A stretch of DNA of 54,028 nt from Candidatus Woesearchaeota archaeon (lineage in GTDB: Archaea > Nanobdellota > Nanobdellia > SCGC-AAA011-G17 > PNOQ01), in assembly GCA_964408705.1 (NCBI GenBank), contig CAYPAI010000002.1, positions 2,618 through 56,645 on the forward strand. The letters run 5' to 3'. The translations under genes and the position numbers were made by a program. Under the pieces are notes generated by a model. The model searched no databases. It was not told the DNA's origin and saw nothing but the letters and a program-made list of their open reading frames with translations. The stretch's first letter is position 1. Every line of letters begins with the position of its first letter. This document shows positions 35,250 through 44,139 of the stretch, one piece after another.

Positions 35250-36353
35250 TTAACTGTAAATAAAAATCTTATCATTAACTCTTACCCTTTCGGATACTGG
35301 GAACGTAACTAAATCTTGTTTGTTACATTCATTGATTGTATTACGATCTCCATTTCTTAATTCATTGATTTTTTGTTCAAATTTTTTTGTAGTTTTACCT
35401 TCGATCAAAATTTTAGAATCTTTGCTTAATTTATCTATAGTTTTAATTTCTGCAACCCCTTTTTTAACAAAATAGTTTGTTACTATACCTAAAACTTTTT
35501 TATTTCTTATTTTTGGTCTTTGTCTAGATGAACTACTACATAACTTGGAACAATTTTTGTTCATATCGATTTGACAATCTGGGCAACAGATAAATAATCT
35601 ATCACAATCCATATTATGGCAATTAATATATTCGTCAGAACTTAGTTTACAGTAATAGCAAGTTGTGATAGCTTTGTTGGTATAGGCAACCAATCTATCA
35701 TCAAAAACAAACAAATTACCTTCAAAGTTATCATCATTAACATTATTAAGATAGTTTATTATGCCGCCTTTAAGTTGATTTACGTTTCTAAATCCTTTTT
35801 CTCTGAGATATGCGGAAGCCTTTTCACACCTAATTCCACCTGTGCAATACATAACTATCTTCTTATGTTTATCTAAATGTTTACTTTTCTCTGGAAATTC
35901 TCTAAAGTTATTAAGGGATAAAGTTTTAGCACCCTTAAACTTACCAATATTGATTTCATAATCATTTCTTGCATCTAAAAGAATAATATCTTCTTTCTTA
36001 TCTATCATTGATCTTAGTTCTTTGGGTTCAATGTGTTTTCCTGCTTTTCTCAAATCAACATCTCTACCAAATTTAACAACTTCTTTCCTAGATTTAACAA
36101 TTAATTTATGATAAGCGTTTTCCTCACAATTATGTGTCCTAAAAGTTAATTCATCAAAAATATTACAAATATCAGATTTGAATTTATAGATATCTTCCTT
36201 TTTACCTGATACTCCTGCATTAATGCCTTCCTTACCAATGATAATCCTACCTAAAAGATTTAATTCTTCGCATAGTAATCTGATACTATCTCTAAGATCT
36301 TCAGGATGTTTTATATTTTCATACTTATAAAAAGTTATAACAGAATAATCCAT
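35250..36353 (-). CDS. trhO: TrhO/YceA (UPF0176) rhodanese-domain tRNA U34 hydroxylase with extra C-terminal beta-barrel
   Basis: ITFYKY, GRIIIGKEGINA, LDARNDYEINIGKFKGA, YCTGGIRCEKAS, LKGGIINY, FVFDDR, NC.N.DC; tail GIVTNYFVKKGVAEI...RVRVNDKIF. Confidence 0.85.
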   Translation of the reverse strand: MDYSVITFYKYENIKHPEDLRDSIRLLCEELNLLGRIIIGKEGINAGVSGKKEDIYKFKSDICNIFDELTFRTHNCEENAYHKLIVKSRKEVVKFGRDVDLRKAGKHIEPKELRSMIDKKEDIILLDARNDYEINIGKFKGAKTLSLNNFREFPEKSKHLDKHKKIVMYCTGGIRCEKASAYLREKGFRNVNQLKGGIINYLNNVNDDNFEGNLFVFDDRLVAYTNKAITTCYYCKLSSDEYINCHNMDCDRLFICCPDCQIDMNKNCSKLCSSSSRQRPKIRNKKVLGIVTNYFVKKGVAEIKTIDKLSKDSKILIEGKTTKKFEQKINELRNGDRNTINECNKQDLVTFPVSERVRVNDKIFIYS

Positions 36354-36392
36354 TTTGAATAAAAAAATAAATAAATTAGAAGGTAAGATTTT

Positions 36393-36536
36393 TTACATCT
36401 TACCTATCTTGAACATTTTAGTGCTACAATCTGGGCATTCTCCCTTAACACAGTCCCTACCATTAGCCATTTTATCTGCCTTAGCATTGGACATTTCTTT
36501 TTTTCCTTTGCACTTCATACAATATCCTTCAACCAT
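36393..36536 (-). CDS. DUF5679-like small zinc-ribbon protein, 47 aa
   Basis: Manually translated: MVEGYCMKCKGKKEMSNAKADKMANGRDCVKGECPDCSTKMFKIGKM; SD GGAGG upstream. Confidence 0.88.
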   Translation of the reverse strand: MVEGYCMKCKGKKEMSNAKADKMANGRDCVKGECPDCSTKMFKIGKM

Positions 36537-36633
36537 TTTACATTAAAACCTCCAAAAAATACAGTAATATCCTAATTTAAAAGTTTAACTGATTATAAAA
36601 AACACTTTTAAATGGACCCAAATTAGTATAATT

Positions 36634-38073
36634 ATGACATTAGACCTTACAGTTAAGGAATTATACTCAAAACTTAAAAATCAGGCAAAAAAATCAGAGA
36701 TTCATACAGTTTCCATGACAAATAATAGTATAAATCATTATATCTCAAATAATTATAATGAAAAAGATTATTTGAAAGTTGAAGACCTTAATGAAGTAAA
36801 AGATATTAATTTTGTAAACACAACTTCAATGGGAATTTTTGGATCTAATGAACAACCCAGCTATACTTCTTTGAAAGAATATATGGGCTCTCATGAGTTC
36901 AGGGAAAAAGATAATGATGGGGAAGTAGTATTTGTCTATGGAAATAGAAGTAAACTACCTCAAGTATTTGTTATGCATAATCATTTTTTAGGCCCCGGTA
37001 TAGGAGGATTAAGAGAATTTGATTATAAAAAACAATATGGGAAATATTATCTAGATTCAATGCTTATTGATTCATTAAGGTTAGCTGAAGCAATGACTTA
37101 TAAGGGTGCCATTAATGAGACTGCTTCTGGCGGAGGTAAAGCAGCTAGATCAAATAAAAGACTGACACTAGAAGAGAAAGAAAATACAAAACTAGTTGAA
37201 AAATATGATACGTTGAGAAGTCATGCAAATTTAGAACTTGCAACCTCATTAAATATAATAAATGATCTAAGAATAAAGAGGGGAGTTTATCCTTATTTTA
37301 CTGCAGAAGATGTTGGTACAAGTTGCAGCGATTTTGATGAAATGTTTTCAAGAACTAAATATTCTATTTGTAAATCTGTATCTTTTGGAGGTACAGGAAA
37401 TCCTTCTCCCTACACTGCAATAGGTACAGTTTATAGTATGATTGAAGGAGCAAAAAGAGCTTTTGAAATACAAAGTAATCCTTTGGAAGATAAAACAGTT
37501 TTACTTGAAGGCTTGGGGAATTGTGGAATAGAAGTATTGAAACATCTAGTAAATTATAATGCAAATGTGAAAGCAACAGATATACAAAGAACCTCTATAG
37601 AAAGAGCTAAACTTGAATTGGGAGATCATTCAAACAAGGTTGATTTTTTACACTATAATAAAGATAAAATAAAAAAAGACCCATTTATTTTTATAAGGGA
37701 AAATAAGGGAGATATATACTCTCCATGTGCATTAGGTGCAAGAATAAACAAAGAAACTAGAAGATTATTGTATGATAATGGTATAAAACTTATAGCAGGG
37801 AGTGCAAATAATCAACTAACAAATGAAGAACATGATAGCGAGGTACTATTTAGGAGTAAAATCTGGTTCCTACCAGATTATGTTGTTAATGCTGGAGGAT
37901 TGATTAACGCCAGACAAGAACTTCCAGATGTTTTACATAGGATGGATAATGTAGTAAATATGGCAAAGGATAGATCTAAAGTTGTATCAAATATTTTAGA
38001 TGTTAGTATTAAAGAAAAAATACCCCCATTAGAAGCTGTTCAAAGAATAGTAAAAAAAAGATTAAAGGAATAA
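36634..38073 (+). CDS. Glu/Leu/Phe/Val dehydrogenase (LeuDH/ValDH subtype) with N-terminal extension
   Basis: GPGIGGLR, LRLAEAMTYK, GGGKA, TAEDVGT, GLGNCG, SPCALG, AGSANNQL, PDYVVNAGG. Confidence 0.9.
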   Translation: MTLDLTVKELYSKLKNQAKKSEIHTVSMTNNSINHYISNNYNEKDYLKVEDLNEVKDINFVNTTSMGIFGSNEQPSYTSLKEYMGSHEFREKDNDGEVVFVYGNRSKLPQVFVMHNHFLGPGIGGLREFDYKKQYGKYYLDSMLIDSLRLAEAMTYKGAINETASGGGKAARSNKRLTLEEKENTKLVEKYDTLRSHANLELATSLNIINDLRIKRGVYPYFTAEDVGTSCSDFDEMFSRTKYSICKSVSFGGTGNPSPYTAIGTVYSMIEGAKRAFEIQSNPLEDKTVLLEGLGNCGIEVLKHLVNYNANVKATDIQRTSIERAKLELGDHSNKVDFLHYNKDKIKKDPFIFIRENKGDIYSPCALGARINKETRRLLYDNGIKLIAGSANNQLTNEEHDSEVLFRSKIWFLPDYVVNAGGLINARQELPDVLHRMDNVVNMAKDRSKVVSNILDVSIKEKIPPLEAVQRIVKKRLKE

Positions 38074-38074
38074 A

Positions 38075-38845
38075 ATGGAATATTTTAAATTTAAAAAAAT
38101 ATTGAATAATAAAAATATAAATTATTTTATAAATGCAACTAAAGATCCCAATAAAATACATAACCCTAGTTTAGAACATAATCCAATTATTCCCGGATTT
38201 CAGTTAGAATCTATAATGGCAGAATATGGAAACAATATACTGAAAGACAAAAATATTTCCACTAACTTAAATAATATTGAAATGAAATTTAATAATTTTG
38301 TTAGATCTGGAGATAATTTCTCAATAGATTTTAACTATAATGAAATAGATGATAATCTCTGTATGTACGCCGAAGCTTATAATGAAGATACAAAAATAGC
38401 TAGTGCAAAACTAAAATATAATAACAATTTATCAGTTTATTCTGCACCAAAAAATCTCGAGGATACATCTAGAATAGTTGTAAGTAGAAATATTTTAAAT
38501 AATTTTTATAATGGAATATTTGAGGATTATGAATCTAGCAAAGATATAATTGTGGAAAGGAGATTTTCAGATTTACTTCTTCCTAGTATGTGTTCAAAGG
38601 TTATAAGTGGTTCAGTAAAGAAATATCTTGATAAAGATAACACTCCTGTATACTTGAAACATAATTTAAAATTTTATAGTGGTTTAAAGGATATATTAGA
38701 CAACTTCTATATAAAAATAGAAGATTATAAGTCCTTAAGAAAGGATACACTTCATAAAATAAAACTATCTGGATCAAATATAAAAAATAAATTATTTGAT
38801 GCAGATTTGATAATAGGTATTGTAAAAAATAATAAAATTAAGTAA
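38075..38845 (+). CDS. MaoC-like (double) hotdog-fold dehydratase
   Basis: FINATKDPNKIH hydratase motif, IIPGF, MKFNNFVRSGD; second degenerate hotdog repeat. Confidence 0.6.
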   Translation: MEYFKFKKILNNKNINYFINATKDPNKIHNPSLEHNPIIPGFQLESIMAEYGNNILKDKNISTNLNNIEMKFNNFVRSGDNFSIDFNYNEIDDNLCMYAEAYNEDTKIASAKLKYNNNLSVYSAPKNLEDTSRIVVSRNILNNFYNGIFEDYESSKDIIVERRFSDLLLPSMCSKVISGSVKKYLDKDNTPVYLKHNLKFYSGLKDILDNFYIKIEDYKSLRKDTLHKIKLSGSNIKNKLFDADLIIGIVKNNKIK

Positions 38846-38851
38846 ATATTT

Positions 38852-40903
38852 CTATTGTAAAACGCTTACATGGTCTTTTTTATCTAACTTTATTATATTT
38901 TCAACAAAGCTTTCAATTTTGTTCTCATGGCTAACTAAAATTACTTGTTTAATATTTAATGATTCTAATACTATACGTAACCTATCTAACTGAGATTCAG
39001 AAAAACCATCTGTTGGTTCATCCAGAATAATTAAATCTTTAGTTTTAATAGAAGTCATTAAATTATTGATAACTTGATTTAAGGCTAATCTATAAGCTAA
39101 AGCGGCAGCTGTCTTTTCCCCACCTGATAAATGCAAATAATTAGTATCATATCCATTTTGATTTATGATAGGAGTAAAACTTTCATCTATTCTAATCTTT
39201 AACAAATCGTTATCAATAAGAATATTAAACCAGTCACTAAACAACTTATCGAAATCAGAAAATGCCTTTAGCATTATCTTTTTTTCAATTAATTCCATTA
39301 AATTAATAAATTCTTTCTCTAAAAAAAATTGTAGGTCTACCAGTTTGGTTGCATTTATTTTAATTTTTTCCTTTCTTATTATTTCTAGATCTAAGGAATT
39401 AACAAATTTCTTATTAGAAATTATGTCACGTTCAAAACCAACTTTTTCTGATTCTATTTTTCTTAATTTTTCTAATAAACTTTCTAATTCTAACTTTAAG
39501 CCAGAATAAACTTCATTCAGATTAGTAAATTCTAAAATTTCTTTATTTAATTCTTTCAATTCTATATTTAATCTATCAACTTTTTTTAATATTAACATAT
39601 TTTCTTTTTCTAAGTTATTTTTTCTTAACTTTTTTTCTTCAATAGACTTTATTTTTAGTTTTATTAATTCAATTTCTCTTAATTTTTCTCTAAGATTCTC
39701 TAATTCCTTATTTAAATTATCTAAATTTCTTTCTTTTAATTGTAAACTTGAAGAAAAAAAAGTTAGATTAGATTCTGCCCCTAAGATCATCTTATCTTGT
39801 TCAGAAAAAACTCCAGATTTATATTCATCACCAACTAATTGCTTACAAGTTGGGCAGATCTCTAATTCATGAAACTTACCTTTAATATCTTTACTATGTT
39901 CAATTTTAATTTCATAAGTTCTAATTGTATGTTTTATTGCATCTAACTTTCTAGTTAATTTTGAAATTTCTTCTTTTTTAGAATCAATTGACTTAATTAG
40001 TTCTTCAGAATTAAAGACTTTGTCAATATTAGTATTTTTTATTTCTTGTTCTAGATTCTTGGACTCATTTTTATTCCTTTCAATTTGAGATAGGATAGAT
40101 TCTAATCTTGTATTCTTAACTGAAATTTTTGTTTTAAAATCATTTAATTTTATTATTTTATCTTCAATTAGTTTAATTTCTTCTTTTTTAGAATTAATTC
40201 TTTTATTAGACTCCTCGTGCAAAGGGATAAGTTTGTATAGAGATTTCTCTAAAATTTCTATCTTAACTAAAAAATCTTCTTTTGAAACCTTTTTTTCTTC
40301 TAAATCTGAAATCATACCTGATAACTCTTTAATTTTTAATTTTATTTTAGAAACAAAAAATTTAGTGTTATTAATTATTGTTTTATATTTTTCAATTCCA
40401 AAAACTCTTCTTAATATATCTAATCTTTCTGAAGGATTTTCTAAAAGAATATGTTTCATTTCTTCTTGAGGCGTATATACAGTATACCTATAAATTAAAT
40501 CTTTGCTTTTAGTTAAAACTTCTTGAGGGTAATTAAGTAAATTTATTATTTCTTGTTTTAATTCCACTGTACTTAGATCCTTTCTTTCTTTATCTATTTC
40601 TATATAACCTGGATCTTGAATTATAGATTTTTTTCCCCTAGAAAGATTTCTTTTTATCTTTATTTTTTTATTTTTAATTTCAAAACTTAATTCTACTGAA
40701 CCTTTATCTTTTCCATTTCTTAACAAAGATGCTCCTGGTAAAGTTGTCCTTCTAGTGCCGAATAATGCAAATTCAGTAGCTAAGAGAATTGTTGACTTGC
40801 CTGTCCCAATATCCCCACTTAAAAGTATAGATCCTGTTGGAAAATTAATTTCTGTATTTTCATAACTTCTAATATTATTTAATTTAATATTTCTAAGGAT
40901 CAT
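38852..40903 (-). CDS. rad50: DNA double-strand break repair ATPase Rad50
   Basis: NIRSY, GDIGTGKST, Q-loop YTPQEE, CPTC zinc hook, LSGGEK, LILDEPTDG, VSHE. Confidence 0.93.
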   Translation of the reverse strand: MILRNIKLNNIRSYENTEINFPTGSILLSGDIGTGKSTILLATEFALFGTRRTTLPGASLLRNGKDKGSVELSFEIKNKKIKIKRNLSRGKKSIIQDPGYIEIDKERKDLSTVELKQEIINLLNYPQEVLTKSKDLIYRYTVYTPQEEMKHILLENPSERLDILRRVFGIEKYKTIINNTKFFVSKIKLKIKELSGMISDLEEKKVSKEDFLVKIEILEKSLYKLIPLHEESNKRINSKKEEIKLIEDKIIKLNDFKTKISVKNTRLESILSQIERNKNESKNLEQEIKNTNIDKVFNSEELIKSIDSKKEEISKLTRKLDAIKHTIRTYEIKIEHSKDIKGKFHELEICPTCKQLVGDEYKSGVFSEQDKMILGAESNLTFFSSSLQLKERNLDNLNKELENLREKLREIELIKLKIKSIEEKKLRKNNLEKENMLILKKVDRLNIELKELNKEILEFTNLNEVYSGLKLELESLLEKLRKIESEKVGFERDIISNKKFVNSLDLEIIRKEKIKINATKLVDLQFFLEKEFINLMELIEKKIMLKAFSDFDKLFSDWFNILIDNDLLKIRIDESFTPIINQNGYDTNYLHLSGGEKTAAALAYRLALNQVINNLMTSIKTKDLIILDEPTDGFSESQLDRLRIVLESLNIKQVILVSHENKIESFVENIIKLDKKDHVSVLQ

Positions 40904-42119
40904 CCCAAACTTCTCCTAAATTTAGACTTTTGATTAAATTTTTTTCCAATCTTTTCTCAAAGTCATAATTCTTTTCTCCCCCTAATTTCTCTTCAGCTAA
41001 AACTTCTTTTAGATTAGAGAGACTTTCTTTAGTAAATTTTAAGTTTGAATCTTGATTTGAAAACTCTTCAATTAGTTTGTCCTCAACTTTATCAATATCT
41101 GTTGGGTCAATCTCTAGTCCTTCTACTTCTTTATTTTGGAGTTTATTCGTATTTTTTAAAACAATATAAGCATCTTCTAATCTGTCAAATATTTCATTAA
41201 AATTGATATCTGAGACTTTTCCACTAGATAAACTACCTTTAACTCTTAATGTGACTATTTTATCTTTAACATCTATTTTGGAAACTTTCTCTAAAATGAA
41301 ATCTTGAGCTTCTGATGAAGTTTTTTTATCAATCTTAATGTTTATTTTTTCAACCTTCTTGGGCTCAATAAACTCATATCTCAAATCACTTATTTTATTA
41401 TTATTTACTTCAACAATATAAAATCCTCCTCCTCCAAACTTTTCTAACTCCATAAAATTATTTGGAAATGTAGCCCCAGGGTAAGTAATCAAACCATACT
41501 TTTCAGGATTTGAATCAAAAATAACATGAGGGTGTCCTCCTGCATAATAATCAAAACCTTTTGGAAATTTATCCAGATCTATACCTTCAACCATCTCCAT
41601 AAGCTTTGGTTTGTATTCATTTATTATGTGATGGAATAAAAATATTTTGAATCCTTCTTCATGTTCTAAGTTAGATTTATCTAAAATCTCATAGTCTAGT
41701 TTTTCTAAACCTTTTGCCTTCCCATACAGTCCAGCTAGTTTTACCCCTGTTTTATCTATTGTAAAATTTAACTTTAATGTATCTTTTCCCCTTTCAGCCT
41801 TCATTACATTAATAACTAGGCCTGAATTTTCAAAGACATCTAACATTGTCTTTCCTGAAGGACTGAAATCATGACTTCCCGGAATTATGTAGCATTCTAT
41901 TTCACTATCTTTTAATTTTCTAAGAATTAGGCTAACTTCTTTAATCAAGTCTATGTTTGGTAATGCCGTATCAAATAAATCTCCTGAAATAATAACAAAT
42001 GCAACTTTTTCTTCTATACACCTATCTATTCCTAGTCTAAATGATTCTGTGCTCATGATATTTAGCTTATCTTCCTTCCAACCACCTATATGTACATCAG
42101 AAAAGTGTGCAAATTTCAT
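40893..42119 (-). CDS. mre11: DNA repair nuclease Mre11
   Basis: FAHFSDVHIG, SGDLFD, IPGSHD, FHH, AGGHPH, YPG; overlaps rad50. Confidence 0.93.
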   Translation of the reverse strand: MKFAHFSDVHIGGWKEDKLNIMSTESFRLGIDRCIEEKVAFVIISGDLFDTALPNIDLIKEVSLILRKLKDSEIECYIIPGSHDFSPSGKTMLDVFENSGLVINVMKAERGKDTLKLNFTIDKTGVKLAGLYGKAKGLEKLDYEILDKSNLEHEEGFKIFLFHHIINEYKPKLMEMVEGIDLDKFPKGFDYYAGGHPHVIFDSNPEKYGLITYPGATFPNNFMELEKFGGGGFYIVEVNNNKISDLRYEFIEPKKVEKINIKIDKKTSSEAQDFILEKVSKIDVKDKIVTLRVKGSLSSGKVSDINFNEIFDRLEDAYIVLKNTNKLQNKEVEGLEIDPTDIDKVEDKLIEEFSNQDSNLKFTKESLSNLKEVLAEEKLGGEKNYDFEKRLEKNLIKSLNLGEVWDDP

Positions 42120-42190
42120 AAAATGGTAAATGCTAAATTGATATTAAATGTTTCTAAAATATCATAATCTTAATTAATTTTAAAAAATAT

Positions 42191-42565
42191 CTATAATAGG
42201 ATATAATATGTTATTATTGTCGATATTGCTCCTAAAAATACTCCATTTAGTATAAGTTTTCTATCTTGGTCCAAATAAATTGTTGAGCCTAGTAAAAATA
42301 ACCATATAATTCCTGCAAATATTGTAAACTTTTGAACATTGTAAAACAATATACTAAACACCAATACTACTAAACTTCTGGCTAGATGTAAATTTGCTTT
42401 TATAAATAAACTAACTGCAGTGACTATAATCAAAGATATTCCTAGTTGATATGTGTAAATATAATATTCTCCAATCAAAGATCTAGATATTGCTAAAAAG
42501 AAGAAGGGGAGACCTCCTAATGCTAATAAATCTCTAGATACCTCTTTAATAATTTTATTTCTCAT
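42191..42565 (-). CDS. hypothetical multi-pass membrane protein
   Basis: 124 aa, about 4 TM helices. Confidence 0.7.
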   Translation of the reverse strand: MRNKIIKEVSRDLLALGGLPFFFLAISRSLIGEYYIYTYQLGISLIIVTAVSLFIKANLHLARSLVVLVFSILFYNVQKFTIFAGIIWLFLLGSTIYLDQDRKLILNGVFLGAISTIITYYILL

Positions 42566-42601
42566 GCCCTATCATATTAAATGCTAATTTAAAAGATTTT
42601 C

Positions 42602-42775
42602 TTATTGTCCTGTTAGGAAATTTACCATATCTAGCATTTCTTCCCTAACTTCCCTCCTTGCAGAATCATAACACTCTCCACACACAGGTATTCCTGAATT
42701 ATCATAGGTGTAAAATAAACCATTGCATCCACTACAACTAAGTTCTCTTCCAATAAAAAGTTCTTCTTCATACAT
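42602..42775 (-). CDS. small CxxC...CxxC zinc-finger protein, 57 aa
   Basis: Manually translated: MYEEELFIGRELSCSGCNGLFYTYDNSGIPVCGECYDSARREVREEMLDMVNFLTGQ; SD GGAGGT upstream. Confidence 0.78.
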   Translation of the reverse strand: MYEEELFIGRELSCSGCNGLFYTYDNSGIPVCGECYDSARREVREEMLDMVNFLTGQ

Positions 42776-42867
42776 TTTCAATTACCTCCATTGATAACTT
42801 ACTAATAATATAGAGAATTGTTAATATATACTTAACCAATATGTAGTATATGCAATATATTCTTTAT

Positions 42868-42891
42868 TTAAAAAGAAAAAAGAAAAAGAAA
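42868..42891 (-). terminator. probable U-rich terminator of the thioredoxin-fold gene
   Basis: A-tracts on the plus strand (U-tracts on minus) directly after the stop at 42893. Confidence 0.5.
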
Positions 42892-42892
42892 G

Positions 42893-43921
42893 TTATGCGC
42901 CGCATGCTGCGACGTTTGTGCTTCCAGTTGTACTCCATCCAAATCCAGGACTTGGTTGGCCTGCCTCAAGTTGAGTGTTACATTCCTCTGGGGCTTCATT
43001 AAACGCACCACAAATAGTGTTTAATAAACTAACAGAGTCTCTACCAGCTTGAACTTTTTGTCCATTAATAACTACTGTAGGAGATCCTCCAACACCATAC
43101 TTTTCATTATCCTCTTTGTAAATATTGAATAATGGGAATCTTCCGTTCAACCATAAGCTTTGATCGTCAAGATTACTTGTAATCTCATACTCTTGGTCAA
43201 CCCTATCGTAACAATCATTCATTGCTGAAGTATCAATATCTACTTCTGCATAACACCTTTCAGCATTTCCATCTTCAAGGAAACATGTCAAATAATCAAA
43301 GAATTTATCTGATTGTTCAGATTGTATACAATATTGATTAGTTTGTTCCTCTACTTCTCCTGAAGTAGGATGCATAGCGTAATAGACAAATTTGAATTCT
43401 AGGTCTATTTTATCACCTAACAAGTAAGCTACAGGTAACATACCTTTTTCAATTTGAGTACCATAAGGACAATGACTCATTACAAATACTTCAACTTCTG
43501 GTTTATCAGATTTAGTAACTTCTGGTGAAGCCTGTACTTCTTGAGTATTATCACTTGCAACTGTACCACCAGTAACTTCGGTCATAGGTAATGCATTTAA
43601 AAACATTAAACTTGCATCTTGATTTACATATACTGGAGTCTCTTGCCCTTGAACTGTAACTAAAACTTTGTATAGTCCACTTTCAATTGTTACTCCATTT
43701 AATGTAGCTGTAGCTTGTCCTTGTAACAAGCCCGTATTTATAAAATCTAAAGTAGTTTCTCCAACTTCTTCTTCTGACAAACTTAGTCCAGTGTTTGGCA
43801 CTCCGTTAACACCCATAAAAATAAGTACTAATCCTAAGACAAAACTAGAAATCTTCCATTTATTTAACCTTTTTTTAGGTAAAAAAGGTTTATGATCCAT
43901 CTGTTTATTTTCCTCTTCCAT
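42893..43921 (-). CDS. membrane-anchored extracytoplasmic thioredoxin-fold (DsbA/GILT-like) protein
   Basis: N-terminal TM; FVMSHCPYG; VGGSPTVVING cis-Pro loop; several extra Cys; SD GGAGGGAG. Confidence 0.8.
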   Translation of the reverse strand: MEEENKQMDHKPFLPKKRLNKWKISSFVLGLVLIFMGVNGVPNTGLSLSEEEVGETTLDFINTGLLQGQATATLNGVTIESGLYKVLVTVQGQETPVYVNQDASLMFLNALPMTEVTGGTVASDNTQEVQASPEVTKSDKPEVEVFVMSHCPYGTQIEKGMLPVAYLLGDKIDLEFKFVYYAMHPTSGEVEEQTNQYCIQSEQSDKFFDYLTCFLEDGNAERCYAEVDIDTSAMNDCYDRVDQEYEITSNLDDQSLWLNGRFPLFNIYKEDNEKYGVGGSPTVVINGQKVQAGRDSVSLLNTICGAFNEAPEECNTQLEAGQPSPGFGWSTTGSTNVAACGA

Positions 43922-43989
43922 TATCTCCCTCCATATGTTGAGAATATTATTATTTTATCGTAACCACATAATCTTATTTAAACTTTTTG

Positions 43990-44139
43990 TTAATATTTAG
44001 GAAGTAGTTTGTATGTACATAAACCTAAACCAGCTAAAATCACCCAAAATATTGTAACATTTATTAAACCAAAAACAAATGATAAAAAATTACCAATTGT
44101 GATAACTATTAAAATCCAACTTAATGATTTTTTACTCAT
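43990..44139 (-). CDS. small 2-TM membrane protein, 49 aa
   Basis: Manually translated: MSKKSLSWILIVITIGNFLSFVFGLINVTIFWVILAGLGLCTYKLLPKY; ATGA overlap with the RNase J stop. Confidence 0.65.
   Translation of the reverse strand: MSKKSLSWILIVITIGNFLSFVFGLINVTIFWVILAGLGLCTYKLLPKY

Noticed and set aside
36355-36546. Plus-strand 63-aa ORF
   Set aside because: The opposite strand encodes a clear CxxC...CxxC DUF5679-like protein with an SD (36393-36536)
38852-42119. Absence of herA/nurA beside mre11-rad50 as a novelty
   Set aside because: They may be elsewhere in the genome; this cannot be judged from one window
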